Below, piece after piece: positions 37,501-46,344 of a DNA stretch of 64,000 nucleotides. The stretch lies in the sequence record MH791411.1. The stretch is one strand, 5' to 3'. Each line of letters begins with the position of its first letter. Positions within the stretch are counted from its first letter, which is position 1. Under the pieces are notes generated by a model. It ran no database searches, had not been told where the DNA came from, and saw nothing but the letters and a program-made list of their open reading frames with translations. Position numbers and translations under genes: made by a program.

Positions 37501-37552
37501 CGTGCAAAATATCACCAGTACGTTTACGTTCCATATAAGCATCGATATACAT
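34547..37552 (-). CDS. gp43: Family B DNA polymerase (gp43-like)
   Basis: Exo FDIET, GWNSEFFD, Y..QD; pol DFNSLYP, KILLNSLYG, YGDTDS, KKRY. Confidence 0.98.
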   Translation of the reverse strand: MYIDAYMERKRTGDILHVAERKNGKRILRQLDPVYEYYVESPTGEHKTIYGTNAKHLEFETQSQMNKSVEQHKNEGLRIFESDCNITFKTLAREYMGKGSPDLNVAFFDIETDFHKKFGYAPPSDPFNRVTAISLYQSWTGKDYVLTLPPTDMEMYEAQDIVRQLNEETNDPNSTVILYTDEKEMFMEFFSLIDDSDVISGWNSEFFDIPYMVNRTKKIFNEATTARWCLWNKKPNAREADNFGKTVVTYDLIGRVHLDYLALYKKHAGQVEQSYKLDYIAEKVTKENKVSYEGSLDKLYREDYITFLRYSKQDSILLKKIDAKCDFINLHNRLAHKECVLISTTMGSVALIDTAIINLAHSRGEVVFNKAPKDDIELDPEMEYYGEEGDEEDEKISAKAAGAWVQDPVLGLVSDLGCTDFNSLYPTVLRTLGMSTECILGQLRQDYTDAYLAAKVQEQKAKSKSKAFEPDWTAAWHGLFAAVEFTMVHEKSDKTLIVDLEDGSSFNATGKELYDIIFAEDSTIVLSANGTLFDKSKYGVIPDILTQWYSERKAQQKMVIDYKHMYSDGWEFNGSEKVEPLLSNYTSGTMFRTNLHDNDPVYLLRIAIGKGQWEEVAKLIVENGLVLKDGRIFCATEDKNYFKQQSAFWKQNQQIRKILLNSLYGALLNKGSRFFDKRLGQSVTLTGRSMTKHMASRINEITTGVYNHQGGSVIYGDTDSVYFSVTHYLKEQGIPYNLSKEEIVDMYIKIGDEVGESFPSFMNEMFNTGIEKGKIVGADLEMVGSRGLFLKKKRYAILKYWEDGFRKDVDGKPGEIKAMGLEIKRSDTPKYIQNFLEETLIALLVGESEAQLKQRVRDFKEVFKDMPVHEKGSPKTVKNYTNLEAEYEVSGKCKVGHVLAGIQWNRLREVYDDKTVPEVTDGTKVIVCNLKDNPMGIKAVGYPIDCVEYLPEWFLELPFDTEKMEEIVLTKKLENIFGILDMDIGIHEKSTAAVNNGFFTW

Positions 37553-37634
37553 CGTTTGTATTCCTTTACGTTTATTAAGTTAAAAATAAAGCCCCCATTC
37601 ATTGGAGGCTATAAAGTTTAGTTTTTAGTACTTA

Positions 37635-37940
37635 TTAGTAATCGTCATCTGCTTGTGGCAAATTGTTAGTAACACTTAGGATAGTTTCGATATTATCGAG
37701 TTTGTTTTGTTTATCAAAGTAATCGCCTTTGTAGATACGTTGAGCGGCTTGTTTGATATCGGATGCATCAATACCTAGTTCATCAGAGATGGAACTAATG
37801 AAATCTGCATAGGATGCTTTGGTGTCGTCAATAAAAGTAAGTTGTACTACTGCGTTGTTTAGTGCATCACCTAGACGTTTACGTTGTTCATCATTTAGGT
37901 CACGAATTTCAACTTTAACTTCTTTTTTAGCTTTTGCCAT
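37635..37940 (-). CDS. dsbA: T4 DsbA-like dsDNA-binding protein
   Basis: Size, position and the pattern ..SDELGID..IKQAAQRIYK.. Confidence 0.55.
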   Translation of the reverse strand: MAKAKKEVKVEIRDLNDEQRKRLGDALNNAVVQLTFIDDTKASYADFISSISDELGIDASDIKQAAQRIYKGDYFDKQNKLDNIETILSVTNNLPQADDDY

Positions 37941-38002
37941 TTGTTTGCTTCTCCATGTGTTTTGAAAAAAATGTCATCTCACAACCTCTGTAAGATGACT
38001 AC

Positions 38003-38030
38003 ATTGTATCACTACTTACGATTTTGTTCC
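38003..38030 (-). promoter_or_regulatory. Phage promoter variant GGAACA-N16-TACAAT
   Basis: Same spacing as the other copies; upstream of dsbA-pol. Confidence 0.55.
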
Positions 38031-38040
38031 AAAAAAACTT

Positions 38041-38559
38041 TTAAACAGGTTTAACAGGGAACGAAAACTTCTTCTTACTAAATTCAGATGTTGTTAGAGA
38101 TGATAGCTCAAGAACATATGCTTTCAACTTAGGAAACAGTTCTATTTCATAATCAGTTGCTACCTCAAGATCTATCGCCATCTTAATGTTATTCAACTCA
38201 TTAATTGCTACGGTTCTTAATTCTTGGTGCTCAGATGATAGACGTTTGATCTTTTCATCAGTAGATTCAACATAATCAGAAATTTTACTTCCATCATAGA
38301 TTTTACCAACTACTTCATCTTCATCACCATCATGCTCCAACTCAGAAACACTGTATCCATACGGTACTAACAATGTTACATCATATGATGCTTGTGCAAT
38401 ATAACCATCATCAGAGTACTGAACTTTCAAAGTATCTTGTCTGAATTCGTTTTGACAATCATACCAGTCAACACCCTCATCTGACAATAGATAAAGAACA
38501 TTATCTCCATGTTTCTTTTCTACTGGGATATATTTTTTGAAATGTGTATATGTTTTCAT
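38041..38559 (-). CDS. Tail fibre assembly chaperone (Tfa)
   Basis: FKKY...LYLLSDEGVDWY, DVTLLVPYGYSVSE, C-terminal AIDLEVATD..L...KAY..L...FPVKP. Confidence 0.85.
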   Translation of the reverse strand: MKTYTHFKKYIPVEKKHGDNVLYLLSDEGVDWYDCQNEFRQDTLKVQYSDDGYIAQASYDVTLLVPYGYSVSELEHDGDEDEVVGKIYDGSKISDYVESTDEKIKRLSSEHQELRTVAINELNNIKMAIDLEVATDYEIELFPKLKAYVLELSSLTTSEFSKKKFSFPVKPV

Positions 38560-38560
38560 A

Positions 38561-40189
38561 TTAAGACTCCACTACTACGTTAGTCCATACACCATTGACT
38601 AATTTTTGTGTATATCTCCAACTATAACCTTCAACGTGTGTACCTGAACTACCATTTACTGAAATAAACAACCCATCCAGTGTAGCACCTTCTGGTGCAT
38701 AGATCCAAGAAGAATCAGGAACACTTCGCGTAGATGTTCTTTTACTTAAACGAACATCTTGTACAGCACCTAGTGTTAAAGTTACGTTACCGTTTGCATC
38801 AGCGTTGTTACCGTTAATAGATCTGACGATGTTTTTACTAGCAACAGTTGCTATGTTTCCAGAAATAGACAATGATGCACCAGTTACTGATGGAGCATAA
38901 AGTACACCAGAAGAGTTAATTGTAACTTCAGAACCACCATTACTTCTCAAACGTAATGTATTTGTTGATGAACTGTGATAAATTGCTGCACGTTCAGTAG
39001 TTCCTGCCGCGTTACGGAAGTAAAGTACTAATGAAGTATCATTCGAACGAATTGTTGCACTGTTTGCGATACTTAATGAACCAGACATTGTATCACCAGT
39101 TTTCAGTACATAACGGGTGTTTGCAACTTTTTCACTCAATGCAACGTTAGACTCAGCAATGTTATATAAGTATGCCACATTAAAGTGTGGTACGTCAATA
39201 TTGCTAATTCCGTGGGTATGTGCTTGTCCACTACCAACGGTATTGGTTGAACCACTGAAACTATGCACGTGATCAGGTGCTTCGTTAATGTTATTAATTA
39301 CAGTTGGGATTCCGTTGTCGTTACTGGATGTTAACGCATTAAGACCACTTCTGTCCATACCTTTTAGTGCTTGACTATGACCATGACGACCAGCAGCACC
39401 AGTAGTTCCACTGAAACTAAATGAGTGCGGTGGAAGTTGAGCAATTGATATCGCAGTCCCACTAATTGATGCACTACTTGCAATCACACTATCAGTTTTA
39501 GTTACGCCTGATGTGGTAATGCCTTTCAAGTATGCTTCTTGGTTAAGATTTGGAACTTGTTTTGTGATTGTACCATTTTCACCAACCCATTGCCACCACA
39601 TTCCATCAGCAAAACACCAACCATCAGAAGTTTTCCACGGAGAACCTTGTGAACCATTACGACCACTTTGACCATTGGTCACACCAGACATCTGTTCACG
39701 AATACTAGCAACAGTTTGTCCAGAAGTCAATGAGTACTGGGTAATTGCACCAGGCTTCATTGAAGTATAAAGACCTGTTGGGCCAGTACCGCTACTTGAT
39801 GGAATAGGGAATACGATATTTAAATTCGTACCACTAATGCTCGCACTTGGAACAGCACTACTACTATATGTTACTGTTTCAACTTTTAAATTCAGTTTAC
39901 GGTTCACTTCATCGAGTGAAATACGGATTGGTTCAAGAATTGTATCAGTATCGTATACTGCAATCCAACTTGTCCCGTTGTGGTATTTTAACACCAACTC
40001 ATTTCTATCAAATACCATAGCACCTTGCTCACCTGCTGGCAATGCCTGTACTGGTAAAATGACAGAAGATGAATTAAAACGAATAGGTCTTGGATTAGTT
40101 GGTGTACCACCAAGCACTATTAGTTCTAAAGATCCATTAGCACCAGTACTAGTCATAGTATCCAGTGGGTTATTAAAACTTATGCTCAT
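38561..40189 (-). CDS. Tail fibre protein
   Basis: G/S/T-rich, GxHxH repeats, KTGDTMSG, P2/Mu-type C-terminal tip VQDVRL...RYTQKLVNGVWTNV; followed by Tfa. Confidence 0.85.
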   Translation of the reverse strand: MSISFNNPLDTMTSTGANGSLELIVLGGTPTNPRPIRFNSSSVILPVQALPAGEQGAMVFDRNELVLKYHNGTSWIAVYDTDTILEPIRISLDEVNRKLNLKVETVTYSSSAVPSASISGTNLNIVFPIPSSSGTGPTGLYTSMKPGAITQYSLTSGQTVASIREQMSGVTNGQSGRNGSQGSPWKTSDGWCFADGMWWQWVGENGTITKQVPNLNQEAYLKGITTSGVTKTDSVIASSASISGTAISIAQLPPHSFSFSGTTGAAGRHGHSQALKGMDRSGLNALTSSNDNGIPTVINNINEAPDHVHSFSGSTNTVGSGQAHTHGISNIDVPHFNVAYLYNIAESNVALSEKVANTRYVLKTGDTMSGSLSIANSATIRSNDTSLVLYFRNAAGTTERAAIYHSSSTNTLRLRSNGGSEVTINSSGVLYAPSVTGASLSISGNIATVASKNIVRSINGNNADANGNVTLTLGAVQDVRLSKRTSTRSVPDSSWIYAPEGATLDGLFISVNGSSGTHVEGYSWRYTQKLVNGVWTNVVVES

Positions 40190-40230
40190 GTATAAATCCC
40201 TTTAATGATTAATATATACTATATTTATTA

Positions 40231-40539
40231 CTATAGCAAGTCGTTTTCCATATCGTCAAGAACAGAATCGACGATGTTCGCTGCTATCTTCTTAGGCATC
40301 TTGAACCACTCGGTGTTAGGTTGCCTTACTGCGTTCATTTGTTTTAGTCTTTTGTGAATTTCTTTCTCTGCTAAACGTGCATCTTCAAAGTGTACTTCAT
40401 GGTATACCACAAAATCTCTAAAAGGTGTAGCAGTTTGATATGTCCTTAAACGTTCTGTCATTTCAGATTTACTGGTAAATCCTATCTTAACATAATCAGG
40501 CCACGCATCATTTACTATAACATAACATATCTGTGACAT
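40231..40539 (-). CDS. GIY-YIG (T5orf172-like) nuclease-domain protein
   Basis: CYVI...YVKIGFT..ERLRTYQT..P...AEKEIHKRL...TEWF. Confidence 0.8.
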   Translation of the reverse strand: MSQICYVIVNDAWPDYVKIGFTSKSEMTERLRTYQTATPFRDFVVYHEVHFEDARLAEKEIHKRLKQMNAVRQPNTEWFKMPKKIAANIVDSVLDDMENDLL

Positions 40540-40578
40540 AGAAAATATCTCCATCAGTAATATGAAGATATTTATTAA

Positions 40579-40938
40579 TCAAGTAATTCGGAAATTTACC
40601 CCAGCATCAATTAGGCGTTGGAATGGGTTTTGTGGCTCGAATTCAGAAGGAGTTTTTGAAATGTTCAGTACTGGAGCATCAGCATGTAACTTTGACATAC
40701 GTTCTTTGTACTTATCTAAGTATTCTTCATATAACATATCTTCAGTGTTACTATCAAGTATGTCTTCAATAAATGAATCAATACTATAGTCCAGTCTATC
40801 ATCATTATAATACAAAGTTTCACTAGCTTCATCATAACCAACTAAAGTCCCGTATGGAACGTTAATCTCAATTTTTGAGTACTGACTCTTTAAGTACTCT
40901 TCTTTCTTAAAAATGTATACAGTTAACATCCGTGTCAA
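40579..40938 (-). CDS. Hypothetical protein
   Basis: Clean ORF with AGGAG RBS. Confidence 0.65.
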   Translation of the reverse strand: MTRMLTVYIFKKEEYLKSQYSKIEINVPYGTLVGYDEASETLYYNDDRLDYSIDSFIEDILDSNTEDMLYEEYLDKYKERMSKLHADAPVLNISKTPSEFEPQNPFQRLIDAGVNFRIT

Positions 40939-40952
40939 CTCCTTATGGTTGT

Positions 40953-41876
40953 TTACTTAAAAGTATTTACGATTTCCAAAACACTTTCAAGATACTTAGC
41001 ATCAAAAGTTTCAGTAAATCCTGATGGTAACTCTTCAGTACTTACAACACCACTTTCAATGTATTGCTTGATGAACTTTTCCAATAATAATGGTTTGTTA
41101 CCATCCTCAAAGTAACGTTCTACCAGTACAGTGTGTTCAAAATCAGAATCACGGCTTTGTTCATGAATTCGCCTCTTCATGTCACCAGTAATTCCGTATT
41201 TGTAAACGACTTTTGAGTTATTAGATAGTTTTTGTACATAGAAATATCCAGGCTTTGATGGTTGATAACCATACTCACCACATGATGGACATCCTCTTCC
41301 TGCCATATGAGATTTGGGTATTTGTTTAAAGACACCATGTTCAGGACAAATAATATCCACATGTTCATCACTAGTCTTGTAATCCACCAAGCTATAATCA
41401 TACTTATGGTTATGGATAGGCGACACAAGTTCAATGAAACGTTCAGTACTTCTTCCACCTTTACCAGAACATATTCCACAACTAGTTTTTCCTTTTAATA
41501 ATGTTGCGGCTGATACTTCCCAATCATGAACATCATTTGGATCGTTGTGACATGTTACCGTCACTTTCCCATTACAATCACGTTGTCTTTTGTAGATAGT
41601 TTTTTCAAATGACAATGTTGGATGAATTGTTTTTACTTTCTCTATGAACGTTTCAGTTGTGTATGCTGTATTTTTTTGGCAAATATTACATCCCTTTGCA
41701 GTAGATCTTACAATTTGCATAGGAGTGATTTTGAAATAATGACCACCTTCCACACAATAAAGTTCAACCTGTTTATGTGCATTTATGTATACCATTTTAT
41801 CAAACAAATAAACCCCAGTGCCATATTTTTCATTCACCGTATTGATAAATTTTTCTTCATTTGGATTCATTGTCAT
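40953..41876 (-). mobile_element. Free-standing homing endonuclease (zinc-ribbon repeats plus C-terminal GIY-YIG-like domain)
   Basis: Three C..H...GC..C repeats; GYFYVQ...YKYGITGDMKRRI; lies downstream of the MCP terminator; lower-expression codon usage. Confidence 0.8.
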
Positions 41877-41904
41877 TTCTCTTCTTCATTTATAATGTAC
41901 GCGT

Positions 41905-41933
41905 ATTATTACACAAAAAATGTGACATGTCAA
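41905..41933 (-). promoter_or_regulatory. Sigma70-like promoter TTGACA-N17-AATAAT
   Basis: Upstream of the homing endonuclease; the only canonical TTGACA promoter I noticed. Confidence 0.5.
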
Positions 41934-41943
41934 CACAAAAAAG

Positions 41944-41968
41944 AAAAGGGACTCCGAAGAGTCCCTAT
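41944..41968 (-). terminator. Terminator after the MCP gene
   Basis: AGGGACT-CCGAAG-AGTCCCT with a T tract on the minus strand. Confidence 0.75.
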
Positions 41969-42009
41969 TGTTTTTAATTTCTTGATTAAATCTTTTAAAT
42001 CGATTACAA

Positions 42010-43185
42010 TTACATGAAAGTAACGTTTTTGATAGCGATTTTGCTGTAGTAGTCAGCAGCGTTACCAAGAGAAGAAGTACTATCAGTCAATTGTACATAA
42101 CCATACCTGGTAAGGAAAGTTGTGACCAATTCCCCAGTGTTAGGGTCCATTACAGTACCGGAAGCCATTAGTGGGATGTATGGGCAATAGAACACACCAG
42201 CATCAGTTTCAGCATTACCTTTATAACCAATCAAAATGTCCTCGACATCTGAGGCATACGTATCGACAAAAATACGCATGGTGCTGTTTAGAGTACCAAC
42301 GAATTTAACGTTAGTTGGAGCTTCGAAAGTACCTTCAGTAGTACGTGCAAAACTAGAAGTAGTTGCAGACTGTAGAATGGTTAGAGCGGTTGGAGAAACA
42401 ACAGCCCAGTTCGCAGCACCACGTTTGGTACGACGAGCAACTTCGTTCGCTTGACGGTTGATTAGGGTAGCTAGAGCAGCGTGCTCGTCACCAACGAAGG
42501 TCGCAACACCAGTAACTTTAGATTGGTCATAAGTTACAGCAGCAGCACCAGGTAGTGCACGTAGACGGCTTAGTAGCTCTTGGTCGATTTCAACGGTAAC
42601 TTCTTGAGCGATTGCAGCCATTAGTTCAGCTTCAACATCGATACCATGTTGGGATTGTGCATCTTGTGCAGATTCAACAGTCCAACGTGCAGATAGACGA
42701 CGAGATTTCGCTTCAACAGTTTCACGTAGGATACGGATGTTAACGCGACGACCCATAGTACCTTCTAGTTGGCTAGTAGGAGCAGCTTGTGGGTTGCTGT
42801 TGTCTGCGTTTAGGTCACCAGTATAAGACTTAGCGATTTTGTATGGAGAAAGCATTTCTTCACCAGCGATAACACCAGGAGCGTTGTCAGCATATTGAAC
42901 ACGTAGGGTGTGGATCTGACCAACTGGGCCAGTCATTGGCTGAACACCGATGATTTCGTTAGCGATTACGGTTGGCATAACACGACGCATAATTGGTAGA
43001 ATCACTTTGTTTAGAGTAGCGATGTTACCAGCGGTGGTTGCACCAGAAGTAGCAGATTCGTTTAGCATTAGTTTACGATGGTTATCAAGTACGGTTTCCA
43101 TTACGGACTTACGAGTACCTTGTAGACCTTCAACTAGTTTCTCTTTAACTGCTACCCATTTGGATTCATTTAGTAGTTGTGACAT
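42010..43185 (-). CDS. gp23: Major capsid protein (gp23-like)
   Basis: IIGVQPMTGPVGQI, VEAKSRRLSARWTVESAQD..SQHGID, EIDQE, FYCPYIPL, TRYG. Confidence 0.97.
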   Translation of the reverse strand: MSQLLNESKWVAVKEKLVEGLQGTRKSVMETVLDNHRKLMLNESATSGATTAGNIATLNKVILPIMRRVMPTVIANEIIGVQPMTGPVGQIHTLRVQYADNAPGVIAGEEMLSPYKIAKSYTGDLNADNSNPQAAPTSQLEGTMGRRVNIRILRETVEAKSRRLSARWTVESAQDAQSQHGIDVEAELMAAIAQEVTVEIDQELLSRLRALPGAAAVTYDQSKVTGVATFVGDEHAALATLINRQANEVARRTKRGAANWAVVSPTALTILQSATTSSFARTTEGTFEAPTNVKFVGTLNSTMRIFVDTYASDVEDILIGYKGNAETDAGVFYCPYIPLMASGTVMDPNTGELVTTFLTRYGYVQLTDSTSSLGNAADYYSKIAIKNVTFM

Positions 43186-43229
43186 TATTATCTCCTTAAA
43201 GATGTTATATTCGTTTTTCAGTATGATAT

Positions 43230-43237
43230 TATTTATA
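43230..43237 (-). promoter_or_regulatory. Late promoter TATAAATA
   Basis: Exact T4 late consensus upstream of MCP. Confidence 0.8.
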
Positions 43238-43275
43238 GAACTGAAAAATTTGATTATTAAAATGCTTTAAAATGT

Positions 43276-44391
43276 TTATTTTTTATTGATACCAGAAAGA
43301 ACATCGAGTTCTTTTAGGAATGCCATATCGTCAGCGGTCATTTCTTCGCTTTCAACAATAGCCTGACGGTTGCCAGTGATTACTTTACCTTCTGCAAGAG
43401 TTCTCTTAGCGGAAGACTGAACTGCTTGACGAGTGGTAGCAGATTCATTTACTTTAGTACCGTTAAGTACTGACTTATGGTACTTGCTGAAATCGTCTTT
43501 AAGCTTTTCTGTAGGAGAAGTAGCTAGAAGGGATTCCATAATTTGTTTCTGTTGTGTAGTTAGTGGCTTAACTAGTTCAGACATAATCGCATTACGAGCT
43601 TGTGAATCTTCCATAATACGTAGTTTGGTTTTAGCAGCTTTAACTTCACTTACAGTTTCATTTAGTTCTTGTTTAACTTGTGCAATTTCGTCTTCTTTAG
43701 ACTTAATTGATTCAGTTAGGGAACGTAGTAGTGAATTCTCATTAAATTGTTTGACATTAAACTCTTGAGCAAACGCTTCAAAGATTTTACGACCAAACAT
43801 ATTTTGTTTTGCTTCAACAAGATCTTCTTTCAAAGCGTATAGGTTTTTCTGAGTAGTTTCTGCAATGTATTTAGCAGCACTTTCAGAGGTACGTTTGATG
43901 AAGTTGTTACGTGCTTCAGCAATTTGACGGGAGCCTTCAGCTAGTAGTTTTACGCGAGTTTCAACTAGTTGACGTTTCTCGATGTGGAATTCTTTTAGCT
44001 CTTCTGCTAGGATACCGTTAGAGAAATTAACGAATTTACCCATGCATTCTTGAAGATGCTTACGTTCTTTACGCATTTGTTTAACTTCTTCAGCCAAAAC
44101 AGAGTTAGAAAACGCAGAGAAATTACTTAGGGTTTTACGGAGAGTTACACGATCTTCTACAAGACGTTTTTTCTCTTCATATACTGCACCCATTTCTTCA
44201 GCGATAACTTGAGTAACCATAGTATTTAGACCTTCGGTTAGCTCGGACAAATCTTGTTTGTAGCGGCCTTTCATTTCTTCACGCATTTCTGCGGCAAGTG
44301 TGTTTTTTTCTTCATTCCATGCTTCCTGAATTAGCTGTTTTGCCTCATCAGAAAGAGATGATTCTTTTAGAAGCTTTTCTAATTTAGACAT
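43276..44391 (-). CDS. gp22: Prohead core scaffold (gp22-like)
   Basis: Long coiled coil between protease and MCP; many xxES sites. Confidence 0.85.
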   Translation of the reverse strand: MSKLEKLLKESSLSDEAKQLIQEAWNEEKNTLAAEMREEMKGRYKQDLSELTEGLNTMVTQVIAEEMGAVYEEKKRLVEDRVTLRKTLSNFSAFSNSVLAEEVKQMRKERKHLQECMGKFVNFSNGILAEELKEFHIEKRQLVETRVKLLAEGSRQIAEARNNFIKRTSESAAKYIAETTQKNLYALKEDLVEAKQNMFGRKIFEAFAQEFNVKQFNENSLLRSLTESIKSKEDEIAQVKQELNETVSEVKAAKTKLRIMEDSQARNAIMSELVKPLTTQQKQIMESLLATSPTEKLKDDFSKYHKSVLNGTKVNESATTRQAVQSSAKRTLAEGKVITGNRQAIVESEEMTADDMAFLKELDVLSGINKK

Positions 44392-44438
44392 TCGTTCTCT
44401 CCTTTAAGTACTGAAATATCTGTACTTCAACATACAAA

Positions 44439-44446
44439 TATTTATA
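44439..44446 (-). promoter_or_regulatory. Late promoter TATAAATA
   Basis: Exact consensus upstream of the scaffold gene. Confidence 0.75.
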
Positions 44447-44457
44447 TTTTTAAAATG

Positions 44458-45078
44458 TTAACCTTTTAATTTCTTGAAAAAATCGTAAATTTCAGAATCT
44501 ACATTATTTACTGTTTTAGATTCTGTGATTTTTTTAGGACTATTACAAGGTGATCCGTACTTACTCATCAGAGATTCAAAAACCGCAGTAGGGTATGCCT
44601 CTGGAGCACTAGGTTGAGCAACAATATCAATTGTGATAATTTCAAAATCAGAAACTATTCCATTGTAATCCACGTTACCGGAACCACGAGAACTTACACC
44701 AAGTTTCACACCAGCTTCTAGCATTTTACGAATATTAGTACCATGAGCAGTATCAAGTAGTTTGATTTCTGCCATGCCGTTAGCACCTTCCATCCAGACC
44801 TTAGTAATCATTGCTGCTACACGGTCAAGGTTAATTGTTAGTGTTTCTGGGTGGTCACATTCAACTAGAATACTTTCACCTTTAGCCAAACGTTGAGCCA
44901 TATTATTAACAGCTTTAGTAATTTCGGCTAAAGGGTAAATTCTCTCATTTAAATTTCTTTGATCGGCTTGAATAGCAATACCACGAAGATAGCAATCACG
45001 CCCACCAAGTCCATTATCACGATGTTCCAAAACAACTTTAGAATCATTGAATGAAGACCATTCACGAATCATACTCAT
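44458..45078 (-). CDS. gp21: Prohead protease (gp21-like)
   Basis: NLNERIYP, ECDHP, GVSSRGSG, DIVAQPSAPEAY. Confidence 0.95.
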   Translation of the reverse strand: MSMIREWSSFNDSKVVLEHRDNGLGGRDCYLRGIAIQADQRNLNERIYPLAEITKAVNNMAQRLAKGESILVECDHPETLTINLDRVAAMITKVWMEGANGMAEIKLLDTAHGTNIRKMLEAGVKLGVSSRGSGNVDYNGIVSDFEIITIDIVAQPSAPEAYPTAVFESLMSKYGSPCNSPKKITESKTVNNVDSEIYDFFKKLKG

Positions 45079-45109
45079 AATGATCTCCTTTCCTTTTCTT
45101 TATTTAGTG

Positions 45110-45943
45110 TTAGATTTTTGGTTGTGATTTTGGTAGTGGAGAACGAGATTTAGAAGCGGTATTTTTTGGCTTCGCAACATCTTTCATTTCGCCACGAGCA
45201 TTTTTACCTAGGTCTTCATCAGTGTGGGACATAGCATCTTCGTTTTCAAAATCATAATCTACTTGTTTTTCGGAAGCTTTAGCGAATTTCACTGGAGCAA
45301 CACCTTGAACTGGAGATTTAGCTTCTGGGGCAACTGGAGACTTGGTATTAACGCCAGCTTTTTCTTTCTTATCAACCGCAGCAACTTGCTTAAGTTTGAA
45401 AGACTCACCAACTTTCTCATCACCGAATTGTACATCAGCAAATTCGTCTTCAGATTCTTCACCATCAGCACCGAATTCTTCTTCCGCACCAACTTCAACT
45501 TCTTCGTCGTCAGAACCTAGGTCAACTTCATCACCACCGATTTCGTCAAACATTTGTTGTAGGCCACGGAAAGCATCTTGAATAGATTCCCATTGGTCTT
45601 CGGAAGGAACTTCTGCACCAACTTCTGCTTCAGCGTCAACTTCTTCGCCATCAGCATCAGCAGAGAATTCAACTTCTTCTTCTGCACTTTCATCTTCTTC
45701 ACCTAGGGTGTATTCGATTTCAGCATTTAGACCAGCGTCTGGTTGAACATCAAAGTCTTCGTCAAGTTTTTCTTCGTCTTTGACTTCAACTTCACATTCT
45801 TCTTCGTCCATGCTTTCTTCTAGTTCTTTATTGATTTCTTGAGCTTGCTCAACAAAGTACTTACGCATTTTTTTATCAGCAACATCTTGTTCGCCGTTTG
45901 CAAACGCTTCAATTGCTTCTTGTAGTAGTTTTAAATTCGCCAT
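45110..45943 (-). CDS. Very acidic prohead core protein (position of T4 gp67/68)
   Basis: E/D-rich centre, basic C-terminus, between portal and protease. Confidence 0.65.
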   Translation of the reverse strand: MANLKLLQEAIEAFANGEQDVADKKMRKYFVEQAQEINKELEESMDEEECEVEVKDEEKLDEDFDVQPDAGLNAEIEYTLGEEDESAEEEVEFSADADGEEVDAEAEVGAEVPSEDQWESIQDAFRGLQQMFDEIGGDEVDLGSDDEEVEVGAEEEFGADGEESEDEFADVQFGDEKVGESFKLKQVAAVDKKEKAGVNTKSPVAPEAKSPVQGVAPVKFAKASEKQVDYDFENEDAMSHTDEDLGKNARGEMKDVAKPKNTASKSRSPLPKSQPKI

Positions 45944-46043
45944 TATATCCTCCATAGATATATTACATTCATATAAAGTATGATATTATTTAGTACTGAA
46001 AAATTTCGCCATTTTTAAAAGCTTTAAAAAGTGCGATTTTTGT

Positions 46044-46271
46044 TTACATTAATCCTGAACCATCACCGGATGGTGCTGCTGCATAAACAACAGCGACAAC
46101 ATTTTTGCGTCGTTGTTCTTCATTAGCTTTAAATTCACGGTACTTTCTTAAATTATTAAGTACTTGTAATGTTAGTTTTGGTTTTCTGGAATCAGTAATT
46201 TTATATACGTTCTGATCATCTTCAGGGTCGTATAAAGAATCACTGCTAGATTCAAAGATGTCCTTTAACAT
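46044..46271 (-). CDS. Small head-cluster protein
   Basis: IFES site; RKPKLTL..LNNLRKYR; late box at 46336-46342. Confidence 0.7.
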   Translation of the reverse strand: MLKDIFESSSDSLYDPEDDQNVYKITDSRKPKLTLQVLNNLRKYREFKANEEQRRKNVVAVVYAAAPSGDGSGLM

Positions 46272-46344
46272 TTCATCTCCTTTGAATATGCATTATAATG
46301 AGGGCAACTAATGTACCCTCATTCTTATACATTGTTATTTATGA

